Assembly (NCBI GenBank): GCA_000320545.1
Contig: ADNK01002830.1
Coordinates: 1-64,000 of the forward strand
Length of the DNA: 64,000 nt
Origin: Bigelowiella natans CCMP2755
Taxonomy: Eukaryota; Protista; Cercozoa
Reading direction: 5' to 3'
Shown here: one piece after another, positions 25,936 through 39,263 of the stretch
Position numbering within the stretch: the first letter of the stretch is position 1
Layout of the letters: each line of letters starts with the position of its first letter
Position numbers and translations under genes: made by a program
The notes under the pieces: generated by a model
Databases searched by the model: none
What the model saw: the letters and a program-made list of their open reading frames with translations, nothing else
Told to the model about the DNA's origin: nothing

Positions 25936-28586
25936 AGCTATTACGGGTCTCGAATCAAATTGGAAAGGTGGTAGTTCCAGGATGGAGCGATTATGAATAA
26001 TCGTGGTCTGTGACTTGCTGTGGCGTATCATCACGCCCTCCAACAACACATCGAGCAAATCACGAGCCCTCACGTCCTTGTCGGCCCACGGAACAGCGAT
26101 TCGGCGCCCCCAAAAGCCATCAACACGGTCATTGAGACAAAACGGCTGTACGCCAAGAAAGTTCAACTCCCCATTTAAATCGTTAATCGATGTATAGAAT
26201 GGAGTCCCAGATACCATCCACCGGAATGCCGCTTTGAGTTTGGCACAGGAGCGCGCCAGTTCAGTCGTAGAGGAGCGCACTTCTTGCATCTCGTCGAGTA
26301 CAACTCGTCGCCACCGAATCTTGAGGAGGACCTTGTTGCTGCGCTCCTTTGCCAAGGTGCGGTATGTCGCAATTACCACGTCACCACGGCGTGCCAGCAG
26401 GTTGATGCGTTTGAGCCTGCTATCCTTCCCATGAGTAGTACCTCCTCGACGAGATGTGCTGATTCGATCGGCCTCATCCTTAGGGTACGTGGTGACAGAT
26501 AGTAATCCACCGGCACACTTTTCGAGCTCCTGCCTCCACTGCTCGATGAGCGTGAGAGGGGCAATCACCAGTGTTGCATGGGAGGGAATCAGACCGTCAG
26601 AGTCTACGAATGGCTGCTGATGGTCCTCCTCCTCCTCCTCCGCACTTTTCGCTTTTTCCTTCCCTCCTTCATCTAACGGCGGGAACAATCGATAGTTAGG
26701 GAGGAGCATGATATGCGTGCAACACTACAAGGACATGAACAACAGGTAGTATTCATTCAATTAATCAAATGTTGTAGTATACATTTTGCACGCCTGCTCT
26801 TTGTTTAAACTAGTCGCACTCATATCCCGTCGTACCTTTTGTTATTGCTTCAGCAGATCTCTTCCTTTTTCTAACACGCATACTCCTATTCTTCTCCATC
26901 TTTGTCGTTACTATAGCGCCCCCCCCCTCCCGTTTCCCTGTTTCGTCGTCGTCGTCCCTCTTTAGCTTGGAAAGATCATTAGCAATAAGCGCTGCGATCT
27001 CCACCGTTTTCCCCAGACCCATTTCTTCACAAAGAAGACCTCCTCGTACAGTAGGAGGTCGCTCAAGGCGCAGTTCCCCAGCAGCAGGAAAATAGTAGAA
27101 ACTACTGTTGTTGCTGCTGCTGCCCTCTTCGTCGTCGTCTAACCAGCGGCGCTCCTCCCAAAATAAGGAATTGAGCCCCATGCCATCCAAGCTCTCACGA
27201 TCCATCATCCATGCTAAAGTTTGCAGCTGATAGTCCTTCAGTTTCAACTTGATTCTCTCTGGCTGTATAGCCTTTCGATAACCAGCATGTTCATGGGCCT
27301 TCAGCAACCCGCTTAGCGTAAAAGCATAATGAGGAGTTTGTGCCGCTTGACCCCCCTGCACTGAGTTGAATGTTCGAGGATATTTTGCCAGCTTTTGGAC
27401 TGGACTCGCAATTCTACCAGCAGGCTGCATATGACTCATTACGCCATGGAGTGCATCATCGGCGATGAGGTAAAACAGTGTGCGAGTAAAATAGACGAAA
27501 GCATTCAGTCGCAGACGTTGTCCTCCCTCTTCCGTCTCTTCCTTCACCTTATTTGTCTTTTTTTCAAGAATGGGGAGAGGTATCAGAACTCGCATAAGGG
27601 GTGATTTCCAAGGTGACGAAGATGGCCTGACATATGCTACGAGAGTATGGAGCACATCTATCACCCATGTTTCCATCGGAACTAAATTTCCTTTCAGGGT
27701 CTGTGTGCGGAGGGTATCCACAGTGGTGAGACTCGGCCATGCAACATCCTTGTTCGAAGGCTCTCCTTTTAAATTCCAGGTGCGAGGGTGCAAGAATCTT
27801 TTGCATTCTGCTGATGTTGGAGAGATTCGTTTTGTTAATGTCCTGTGGAGCTTCTTGAACCCAGTGCACACCTGGAAATCGAGAGGAATAGCACCAGCAA
27901 GACGAACACAGTCCATGTCGGGGTGGTTCTCAGCTGCCTTCTTTCCCATCTTTGCGGTGTGCCATCCCGGGGTAGGTAAACGAGGTATCCCTGCATATTT
28001 ATATATATATTTACAATAACGGACTGTTGACTACTTTTTCATCTATATGTTAGCAGGGATGCCGTTACCTGTGCTGAAGTAGATGGTGGGATAGGCTTCG
28101 AATCCTGTGTGGGGATCTTTCATTCTTACAACATCTGATAGATCTGTCTCCTTGGAATCCAAGATGAACGCAGCAGGGAGCGATTCTTCGGTCGATGACC
28201 TCCGAGATTTGCTGGATGGCTGCTCTTCACGTCTTCCCCTCTTCGAACCCTCCTTATTGCTTTCTACGTCGAAATAGTTAGGGAGCTCTCGCTTCCGTTT
28301 CTGCCTTGAGCTCTCCTTCCTTCTCAACGATGTCCGAGTCGCATAATTGTGTCTCCCTTCTCTTCCGCTATTGTCGTCATGAGTGAAGCGATCAGGGGGT
28401 GCCCGTCTCCGGGTAGATCTCAAGCTCGTCTTTGTTTCCCTTTCCACTTCCATAGCCTGCTCTCCCTGTCTATCATCTTCGTCAGTGTTGGAGAGCCTTG
28501 ACCTGAACATGATCTCGCACACCTGGTCTAGGGCAGCTCGCAGGCTCGTCGTCTGTCTCCCTTTCTCCTGATCTGCGCCAGGCCCT
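18633..28586 (-). CDS. SNF2-family helicase/ATPase with RING finger (Rad5/HLTF/SHPRH-like), multi-exon; 5' end uncertain
   Basis: LKDYQLQTLAWM; motif I GGLLCEEMGLGKT; TLVIAPLTLIEQWRQE; motif II WRRVVLDEMQE; motif III WMVSGTP. RING: CSICLD..KEPTFTRCVHMFCAKC..CPQCR. Helicase-C: SPKLAALVEEV..KVVVFSQ, AAGLTLTVARHVILLEP, RCHRIGQ, KGTVEERM. Confidence 0.9.
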
Positions 28587-28741
28587 ATAACTTTTACGTT
28601 AAACGATGAATCGATGTCGCAAGCATGAAACGTTAAGATATTCCTTCAAATACGTTAAAACCGAGGTGGGAAAGGGCCAAAAAAGTGGCAGAAAAACTCC
28701 AAAAAAGAAAAAGATACGCTGAGTGATATATACATATTATG

Positions 28742-28812
28742 GGGGGCAGCGGGGAATCGAACCCCGTTCACTTCGACCCGAACGAAGTATAATACCATTA
28801 TACCACTGCCCC
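28742..28812 (-). tRNA. tRNA-Pro (anticodon CGG)
   Basis: Cloverleaf: acceptor GGGGCAG/CTGCCCC, discriminator C, anticodon arm CTTCG-TT-CGG-GT-CGAAG, T arm CGGGG-TTCGATT-CCCCG. Downstream T-run at about 28701-28712 fits a Pol III terminator. Confidence 0.95.
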
Positions 28813-29158
28813 ATCTCGTACAAAAGGAAGAGAAGTGTTTTTAAAATAGGAAAATTTAAGCTACTCGTAGATCCAGTTCATAATATACATAATTTTTTAA
28901 GAATTTGGACGACAATACATATTTCATTGTCGCAGTTCGAAATACCACAACATTTAGATGCGATGCTTTGTCGGGAGTGGTTACTTACCCAGGAGAACGA
29001 CAATGGTGGCATCGGGCCCTTGTTGAAGGCAAGCACAAAGCCTTCCTTCTTTCCGTGAACTATCTCTCGAACCATCTCTCTAGCTTCTAAGGCATCACGT
29101 GATATCGTATTTTAGAGGGAAGTGAATATTTAGGTCGCTAGAAATAGAAGACGACCAC

Positions 29159-30290
29159 ATGAATGCCCGTGACGTCCCTGAAGAAGAACGGGAGCTCAAT
29201 GGGGAAGAAGCTCGCTTAGAAATGGAAATTGCACTTCTTCGCAGCAAAATGGAGAAGGTACGAATGAAGAAGCAAGCCATCGCTGAAAGGAAAAAGAGGG
29301 GGCAGGATAATCAAGCTGCGAAGACCCCGTCAGTTTCGTCGTCAATGGAGTCCAGTTCAAGAGAGGGAGGCAAGCTGATCAATAAGAAGATATCGCGTGG
29401 AATCCTGAAGGGGGGAGAAAGAATGGCAACGGATAGCAAGAAAATAGACCCCAAAGTATATAGACAACATTGTGGTGACAAAGCAGAACCTCCAAAGCCT
29501 ACAGAATCTGCTGAAAAAAAAATTGCAATGCTGTTGGAAAAAGGTGGCAATTGAGAAGCAGAAATTGACTCTATATATCATACATAGACTTCCCATCATG
29601 GTTTACATTTTGCTAGAACTAAAAATAATCTCATTGACCGTGATCATTTGACTGTTGTTTGCAGCGTCCGCAGAGGAAAGGCAGAGGATATTGGCAAATA
29701 AGAAAGCTCTTTCAGAGTGTGGCATACGCGCTGGGGGAGCTTCTGTGTGGAGGGACCCTCTGACACTGCTCGACGATATGCGAGGAATGCAGATGTTACA
29801 GGATGAACTTGTGAAAGGCAATCTTTCCTCGTTTATAAAGATCCGAAATGAAACTTCGAAAAGTGCATCCGACTTTATTATTCGGTCTGCCCTTAATCTT
29901 CATGTTGTGAACTACTTTGCATTCTAGAAGTACGTTACTTGCTTCAGTAGAAGAAGTATCTCTTTATATGAAAATCGACTACATAGGTCTGATACATGCT
30001 GTCTATCTCAGGGAATTGAAAAAGACAAAGAAACAAGGTGGAGTAGAGACCCCAAAAAGCTGCAGCAACTCCATACAACACGGAAAAGAAGAAGTTGACA
30101 GGACTGTCCTGGATAATCTTTTCAAGAGTAGAGACGCCTCCTCAAAAGTACAACTTAAGAATAACACTAGATATAAGATGGAGTTATGATTTTCTGTATT
30201 GTTCTCGTCGTTTGATTGATTACACCAGGATGCATCTACGTCTGTCGTTCTCATTGAAGATCTTGGGGAAGCTACACCAAAATAAAATTA
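29159..30290 (+). CDS. Hypothetical protein with N-terminal coiled coil, multi-exon
   Basis: ATG-initiated 131-aa charged ORF (EEARLEMEIALLRSKMEKVRMKKQ) plus downstream exon-like ORFs. No family recognised. Confidence 0.55.
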
Positions 30291-30413
30291 ACGACTCTCG
30301 ATAAAGTATTTTGATGTTACCGTGAGCTTTTATTCTCCGGAGATATAAAATGAATATCACAATAACACAGCTCAGAAACGGTTTGAGCCAAAGTTGAATA
30401 TATGAAGCCATAT

Positions 30414-30451
<38 letters not shown>

Positions 30452-30685
30452 TAGTAGATGAGAGTGCAGAGTGAAATGAACACGCAGAAATGACTAAATT
30501 TAGCAGCTCCTGTGCATGTGCTAATATTTACAGTGCATAGTTGTGTCTGGCTATATTATTGCACATGGCACTGGCCAGTGATGTGTGACATAGAGTGAGC
30601 CCCAAAAACAAGCAGTGCATAGTACTACGGCTACATTTGCTTCATGTCTGTGCCAGCGGTGAAAAGTTATGTGAGACGGATGTAA

Positions 30686-30760
30686 TGAATCGAATTAAAT
30701 TTGTTCAATGGTCATCCTCATGTAGCTGTGCAATGCAGCGGCTACAGCGCTAATGTTGAA
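30686..30760. repeat. Dispersed hairpin repeat, intact copy
   Basis: TTCAATGGTCATCCTCATGTAGCTGTGCAATGCAGCGGCTACAGCGC; stem TGTAGCTG/CGGCTACA. Confidence 0.75.
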
Positions 30761-30916
30761 TCTGTTGTGTGCCACTGCTATTTATTTGTATGTGCACAGC
30801 CTTTGTACGTAGTAGCGACGACTTTAAATTATTGTGTTCATCAAAACAAGGGTCCGATGATCGACTTGTAGGACTGCTACACGAGCATACAAATGTTAAC
30901 ATCTACGACATACATG

Positions 30917-33844
30917 CTACGCACGCATCATAAATGTTTCCTTCAGCCTCTCTCGCCATTCTTTATCGAACCCAATCTCGTCCAGGTAATTCGTAACTCC
31001 ACCATACCTAGGTAGTAGTAGGAGAAAAGTAGTAACGTTTGGAAGACGACATGAGTTTCACCATCATCCACCTATACACCTTCCGAATTTACGACAACAC
31101 CGGTGAAACAGTACAGCAGGCTACATTGATATTTTTACGAATGAAATACGATTGTTTGGAACATGCACCTTTTCTGCAGGAAGGCTTCCGTTTCTTCCAT
31201 GTAGACCTTGGGTGCACGCAGGGCATCTAGTAATGGGACGGTGGCTAAGCTCCGAAAAAGCTTTCCATGCCCTCCCGATATCTACGTTGATAGAACTTCA
31301 GTCGTCAATGGGTAAACTAAGAGGGGGAGCCAAGTCCCTGCCCATGTACGATATCATTATGTACACATATACATGTACGCATGTTGTAGTTAAGAAGAAG
31401 AGAGCTAGCATGGCTATCAAAACCTGATGAAAGTGCTCCTGCATCTGAGCCCATTCGTCCGACTTATGGTAGTCTTCGATACAAGTCTCTGAGGATACTC
31501 CACAGGCTCGAAGCAAAAGGTACGCCACTAGTCCTACACGTAGCAGTAGCAGTAGTAGTACTGTTAGTGAGTAGCAGAAAAGGGTACTAGAGGTCGTCGT
31601 TGGTTGTCAATATGGGTTGAGATGTGCCCCCCCCCTCTATCATTTCGATTCAAGCTCCACCACTCGAAAGCAGCACCTGCACGATCCTTCCCCGATGCAC
31701 AGTGGAATAAGACAGGTTGATTTTCCTAGCAGTAGTGCAGCAACAATGATGGATGGTGTTATTATATGTCAAGACGAAAGAAGGCAGTGGTCTCATCAGC
31801 ACCCTGCGACAACAACAATCCGATGTATTTAGTTCTGAATGTGCCATTGACCCTAACCACCCCACCTCTCGCTGCAGCCACTTGAAATTAACATATTACC
31901 TTTGTCGCACAAAATTTCAATGCTGCTGCAACTCTACCGCCCGCAAATTCGAGAACCATCTGGGTGGAGTGTGAGTGAATCAACCATTAAAGAAATTGTG
32001 TGAGTAGGAGGAGGAGGAGGAGGAGGAGGGACTGGGAGATATAAATGCCACTACGAGAGTAGAAATTTTGAACAGAATGACGATTTTGCCTACAACAATG
32101 TAGTCGTCACTCAAAGTTATAGAATTTAAAAAATGGTTCGTCCTTCATCCCCTCGCTCTTCTGTCCCGTCGTGTTTTCCCGAGTAATGCCCCTCTTGTGC
32201 TTATTGTCAAGCAGCAGTTTACTACTTGTCTATTCATCTGTCTGTCAATACGCGCGTTCTCATAGCTTGTGGCTGCCGCTGCTATTGCTGTTGTAGGTAC
32301 TACTACTACGACGACTACTACTTCTGCTACTGCTACTGCTACCACGACATTATTACTGTGTGCACCTTATACAAGTTTGCCATGTTGCCTATATTACTAA
32401 AAGCCACATCATATTGCCTCGTTTGTGCATAAACCTCAACGTGTACAAAGGGTTTTCTGAATCATCATATTCAAAGAAATAAACAAACATCCTGAGTAAC
32501 GACAACAACCGTATGTAGTGGTAGCGCCACGTTTTATAATAAACAAATGAAATCATTAATACACACAGAATCACACACAATCAATCACATTTAATTGTAA
32601 AAATGTGCGTGCGTTTGTGTTCAGGTTTAAAATAGAACTTTTTCGAGGAATTACTGTATGGTTTTGAGAATTTGAGGAGGGTTATTCTGAGGCGATCCTC
32701 GATTTAGCAGCCACATGGCAAGAGCGGATATGCAGTTCAGAGAACATATTAAAAGTCCAGTGAGTTTCCTGTGCACATCCAATCAACGCACGCAATCACA
32801 AACACACACACGCGCGCGCGCGCGCCCGTGGGAAAGAGAGCGAGAACAGAGGGGGCGGGAAGGAATGATTGCAGACAATTTTATATTGCAAGTTACAATC
32901 ATCACAGTCGTCGTCATCAATGATGCTGTCATCGTCGCTTATTATACAATTTTCCAAGAAGCTTACCCTATCACCAACCAGAAGACATATCGAGCAATTT
33001 CAATCTTTTTCCACCGTCCAATAATAAGATTACGCAGCTTTCTGCTTCCGATTTTGATGCGTTTGCGAACACCAGGGCCGCTCGCATTTTTAGTTCTCTT
33101 CTCATCACCCCCCTGCTTTTCGACGATGCCAGTGGCTGGCGATCGTATTTCTGGGTAATCTGAATCTAGTAGATTTGCTCCTCCGGATTGGCTCTTATCT
33201 TTACGACTGTGACAATGTTGGTGGCCAAAACGTATTATTTATTATTATTATTTTCTTTGTGGTGTGCTCTTAGATTATATGTAGAATCTTGAAAACGCGT
33301 ATCTCAAGCAAAGAAAGTTCCTTACTCCCGAAAGTCGAGGATAGACTTTATCTTGAACTTATCCGTTAGAACTTTCGCGTCCTTCTGTGTCGCGTAAGAT
33401 GTGTTCGCAGATCTGTCGCGTCGTAGATTCTCAGGAATTAGCAATACGGTAGCGGCAATAATTTTATATTAATAGCGTTGCTGCTGCCGGATACCGGAAT
33501 ATAACTCCTCGTCGTGTCTTGTGCCCCGACCCGCAAGGATAGCCTCCAAGATCCTATGGCGTAGAAATAGATCGTTCATGAGTTCAATGACAGGTGCACG
33601 TGTACAAAGAGCTACTGCCGCATTCGAATATGGGTTTCTTTTCGATCGTTCTCTTCCAGAATAGAGGCTGTGCGGAAGGGAGCATGTATACTGAAAAACT
33701 ATCCCCACTCCCGGTGGTTTCAACCCGTCCTCGCTAACAGTCACAGGACGCACCCACCCTGAAGTTGTAGATTTGCTCGAAGCTGTCGGTGCTCATTTCT
33801 CCCTGATCTGTTCGGTTGCTCTTTCCAGCAATACGATCCCTCAT
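30917..33844 (-). CDS. Protein tyrosine/lipid phosphatase of the Y_phosphatase3 (MptpB/IphP-like) family, multi-exon
   Basis: Spliced NFR|DLGGYPCGSGHKTRRGVIFR|SA; ILDFR; P-loop QPVLFHCASGKDRAG; LLRACGVSSETCIEDYHKS; YGGVTNYLDEIGFD. Confidence 0.88.
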
Positions 33845-34136
33845 TTTAGACACAAAATATACCCAAATATATCGACTGAAACAGTTCCCCGTAAACACAA
33901 GCTGCATCTCTCGACGCCTCTATCTCAATCTCCCAAATATTTTTAGGTAAAGTCTATAACCGACTACATCTTAAAAATCGTTCACTAGCTACCACCCAGT
34001 GTCTGTCGACGGAAAAGAACTCAAGATCATTGTGAGGGGAGGGGCACCGACCTCCACATACAATGCTCATGCCTTGTGTTATGTGTGCAGCACACAGTCG
34101 TGGTTAAGTCGAGAACGCATTCTAACAGCGTCTGAC

Positions 34137-35839
34137 ATGAAAGGACGAAGGCTTGATGGAGAGGGGGGGAGAATAGCGGGAGGAGGAAGAGAGCGCTCCT
34201 CCGTCGTCGGAACCTCTCGGAGGGGGAGGGACAAAGACGAAAACAAAGACTCAGATGAGGAATCTGGTGATAGCAACAAGGACGATTCGTTGTTGAAGGC
34301 GGAGGCATCGAACCGACTTGCCAAGTTCCAGGAGATGCTCATGCCCGAAGACAGATATGTAGACGTCACTCAACTTAGAGAGCAAGCTAGGTCGGAAGAG
34401 AACAAATCAAAACAACCCCATTCATTGTAGTTTAAAATATCGCTATTGAGTGGTGGATGTAGCTGATCTCTATGTATTATTACGAATGATGCTGTTGCGC
34501 TGCTCAGAATTGATTAGCTTTTTTTCCTCCTCCAGCATAACCGCACTTGCTTGTTCCCGTCTTCTCCTCCACCTCCTCCTCCTTCTCATCATTCGTTTTC
34601 GCTTAAGCATGATGGAATGCTGATAATTCAGGCATGGAATACCGAAACAGATGAGAGGGGAGGTTTGGAAGTACCTCATCGGTGTCGCCCCAAATGAAAG
34701 TAAGTAGGTGTAGTTGTAGTAGAGAAGAAGAAGAAGAAGATAATGATGATGATGATGATGATGATGATGGTGACCCTCATCTCCTAACTCATTGCCAAGA
34801 ATTTATGATGGTGGTAGTGCACTCATTATGTTCTGCTTGCTACTGCTGCTGCTGCTACTACTACTACTACTACTACGTCTGGCAGACAAGGAGAAACACT
34901 TTCAAAAGGACCTCAAACATAGCAGGGACGAAGATCCAGCTACATTCCAGGTTATTACGTTGATCTGAAAGATATCTCATTAACTGATGATGATGATAAT
35001 GATGATGATGGTGATGACTAACAACGTGGACATTTGCATGCGCCGTGCTCAATTAGATTCTGACAACGCAACATTACCTCCATTGATTCCTTAGAAAATA
35101 AGAAGGGATGTGACCAAGTTCATCGCCAAAAATCCAAAACTGAAGAGCAAGGTAATATACATCTCGTCTCGTCTCTATTCAACGTGTAATCGCATATTCG
35201 TACATGCATATCGAATCACGCACGCTCAGCCCTCCATTTCACTGTCGGTTGATCCCAAGACCTCATCTTTCTCATGCTGCACATCTCACCACCATCGTAA
35301 TTATGATTGATGAACGCACTCGTGCAGGTATTAGATTTGCAGCTAGGTCGTCTAGTAAGAGCCCATCTTCATTCAAGACCGTCGCTGGAATACCGATCTG
35401 GCCTTGTGCATATCATCGGTAGTAGCAGCAACCTAAAGACGCAATGCTGCTGGCTGCTGATGATAATTGTTTGCTTGTTAATGTAGGAATTTGCTCCGCT
35501 GTTGTGGATAAGCAGGTAGGAGGGAGGGAGGAAGAGAGAGAGAAGGAGGGGGGAGGGGAGAGGGAGATGGAGTATTGGAGGAAGGCAAGATAGCAAGAAC
35601 ATACCGAGAGGGCTGCGTTGTGCTAATTTGACATAATGGCTCATTTGTTCCAACAAACGGGCTCTTACCAACCACCGTCTTTGTCCTCCTCCTCCACCTC
35701 CTCCTTCTGTGTTATTATTATTATTATTATTATTACTATTACTGCAGTTCGAAGTATACGTGATGTTCCGACGGATTTTGGACCTAAATACCTACTACGA
35801 GTCAGTGTCAATGACGCTGCTGCTGCTACTGCTACTGCT

Positions 35840-35870
<31 letters not shown>

Positions 35871-36151
35871 ACGTCCTTCTTCTGATCCCAACAGCAGCTC
35901 TGATCATTATTATCGGCTCTCTCTCTCTCTTGCTTTCTCTCTTCTCTTTGTTGTAGAAATCCTGATGACCACGATGGGAAGCGCTTGTCAGTCTTTCTCG
36001 CCCTCCTCCGACGATTCTTACCCTCCCTGTCAGTTGCAGTAGTAGTAGCAGAAGGAGGAGGAGGAGGAGGAGGAACTAGTCAACGATTACTGAAGCATCA
36101 CTACTCTCCTCCTCTCCTCCTCTCCTCCTCCTCCTCCCCCCCCCTTTAAGC

Positions 36152-36187
<36 letters not shown>

Positions 36188-36254
36188 ATCATCTACAGCA
36201 ACACACGATGCTCCACTTAACAAGGCAATGTTCTTCCTCTTCTTGACTGCCATG

Positions 36255-36291
<37 letters not shown>

Positions 36292-36498
36292 ATCCTACTG
36301 CTTTGGAACAATCAGGGCAAACCTGTTCCTGAAAAAAGGGCTTTCGCCAAATCGATGGGCCCTCCTGGTGCACGAGAGAGAATATAATAGAGAAGAGGGG
36401 GAGGAGAAGGAGGGAGGAAAGAAGTAGAAGAAGAAATAAAACCACATACTACTAATGAATATTATCATTATGGCCACTACAGGAAATAAGCAGTAATC

Positions 36499-36535
<37 letters not shown>

Positions 36536-36704
36536 CGACAATATACTCTTCCTCCTCCTCTTCCTCATCCTCCTCCCCGAACAGTGGATTCAGGATCTTC
36601 TCGCATCAAGCCTCCCCCTCAAGTAAGAAGCTATACGATACGATAGCAGCAGCTAAGTTGTGTTTGTACTCGCTTCACATGGTAGAAGATGACTTCACTA
36701 CTAT

Positions 36705-36736
<32 letters not shown>

Positions 36737-36800
36737 TCACTACTACTACCACTACTGCTACAACTGCCACATTCACTGAACGGTTAGATTAATAACATGT

Positions 36801-36838
<38 letters not shown>

Positions 36839-37113
36839 CTCCTCCCCCTTCTTCTTCTCCTTGTTCTGGTTGCATATTTCTTCCTGCTCTCCATCACCAC
36901 CACCACCACCATAGATGCACGCTTCGCCTCTGGGACACATACCTAGCTGAAAAGGACGGGATGGGAGCTGCATCTCTACGTCTGCCTTGGTACTCGTGTA
37001 GTGTATTCTGTGTTTGTGTGTGGGTGGGTGGGTGGGTGGGTTTACAACAGCAGCATTCTTACGTCTGCTGCCTTGACAGTGTGTCTGGATTGCCTTCTCT
37101 AACACTACCACCG

Positions 37114-37144
<31 letters not shown>

Positions 37145-37372
37145 AACTGCGACTCTTTTACTGATGCAGTAGTGAATCGTGCATGCCAACACTTTTAGGA
37201 TGATGATGAAGATGAAGGTGATGCTGATGATGGTATTATTGTGTATGATGGTTGTTAGCGATCTTAGCCATGTGTGAAGAGGATCTTCAAGAGCTGGACG
37301 GCGAGGAGCTTACTTGTACGTTGTTTGTATGTTACTAGGGGGGTGGAGATGATTGCATGAATCAGTGTATAA

Positions 37373-37427
<55 letters not shown>

Positions 37428-37690
37428 CCGACCCTCATTGTTACTACTTGGAAGAGGTTTGCTATCATCCCGTCAACTAAATGTGAAGAGGATCTTTTCT
37501 AGAAGAAATTTTCCTTTTTTTGAGCGGACGAGAGCATGACGTACTTTTTTACGTGGCAGGGTATCTTCAGCATCTACCGTCCTTCGATATGGATTTGGTG
37601 CTACTGAGGGCACGGAATATGAGAAAAGAGGCATTGCTGGTACCAGGAAGAAGTCGTGCAGTTAAGAAGATGAAAAGACAAAAATCGTAG
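34137..37690 (+). CDS. TBC (Rab-GAP) domain protein, degenerate catalytic motifs, multi-exon
   Basis: RLAKFQEML..VDVTQLREQARHGIPKQMRGEVWKYLIG; WIQDLLASSLPLKCTLRLWDTYLAE..LHLYVCLAIL; YLQHLP. One apparent +1 G at about 36958-36965. Confidence 0.85.
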
Positions 37691-38490
37691 GAAGACTAAT
37701 TTTGGTCATGAGGGAGGTAATACGATCACAAACACTACCTACTTAGAATGATGTGCGATGCAACTAGAAATAGCAGATACAGTCACTAACGAGGCAGAAA
37801 GGGCATTTAACAATGACTACAACCTTTTGCACGGAATGTAACCGGTGTGAGTATATGAGCTACGCGTTGCGCTGGGGCATGGGCATTTACATGTAATTAT
37901 TATTTAGTTATCGTAGCAGCAGCATGGCTAAATTGTTGAGCGAACGAAACGCATGCATGTTGTATTATAAATAAGCCGACATTCCCGCCATGTGTGTTTA
38001 CACTGCTAGACTGCCTTGTGCATAGCCACTTGTATGCATGATATGATTATGTGCTAGAAGCAAATCAAAATGCTAATCTTACATACGAAGAATACTAGAA
38101 TGCTTCTCTGCGTTGGCATGCTATGCTTCGATTATATACAATGATCATGCATGCTGGATACCATACGCATGCAGCATGCAGCTGCTGATTGCGCGTCTAG
38201 ACGTATACGTAACACACAATGTATGCACGTGGGCGACCAATCGCTGACTTAGCTAGTTAGCCTCCTGCAGCGATACCTAGATACGTTCTGCATCAACTGT
38301 TGAGGCAATTATAACTAGATAAAGCCGCGCATGTACATGATGACCAAAGCGGTGTACAACTGAGGTATCATAGATCAGTCCCATCATGCACACGTGCGAT
38401 GAATTCATGCCTACATAAACGTGCAGAACGACCAATCTGCGGATTGCTTTGCAGAGAAACATCCTGTGTGATCATGATTGATACTATTCA

Positions 38491-39224
38491 TTAATCGTAT
38501 GCATCATCAAAATCATACACCAGCTCCAGGCACCGGGTTTCATTCGTTATTCTTCTCTAAATTAGCACACGTAACATTTGACATCAGAATACAGGAAGGA
38601 GTCAGAACAATGTAAGCAGCAGTAGCAGCAGCATATCTCCACGTGTCTCTGCATCCCTCCCACCCTCCATCTAGCTATCTTGAATAAAGTCTATGTATGA
38701 ACGCGTGGTTAGATATACTGTTTTGTACACTGTGAAGTAGTACCTGTCGTCTACATGCGACCGCAGCAGAAGGCTCGTGCTTCGAGAATCTCCGAATCTA
38801 ACCGTAGTATGTGTATTATGTGTCATTCAGCAGGCAACAACAGGCCATCGATCGATAAATCATCACTTTTTGCAGGTACGCGTGCAGGACATCTTTCTTG
38901 TGCGGTGTATCATCGCTACGGCCGTACTTTCCTTCCGACGGAGGGTAGAAAGATGGACGAGGACTCATATATATTACAGTCGCTTTCTTACTTAAAGAAC
39001 GTTCATTACCACTTGCGGTGTCTTCTTGTCATCGTAATAGAAGCTTATGCTGCTCATCGTGGTGGTGAGACAACGACGGGTGGTAAAGATGCATACCGCA
39101 AACAAACAACAAAAGACAATTCAGGAACATCGTCATTTTCGGGGATCTACCATGCATCATTATCATTAGTTGCAACTACAAATTCAAGAAGAAATATGGT
39201 TCGGAACATTGAGATACACACACA

Positions 39225-39263
<39 letters not shown>

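Noticed and set aside
30705-30722. AGGATGAC resemblance to U6 snRNA or a tRNA primer-binding site
   Set aside because: The match is only about 8 nt; there is no ACAGAGA box and no adjacent LTR or internal domain.
33469-33753. 94-aa minus-strand ORF
   Set aside because: Mostly intron 1 of the phosphatase gene; the real exon is in another frame (DLGGY).
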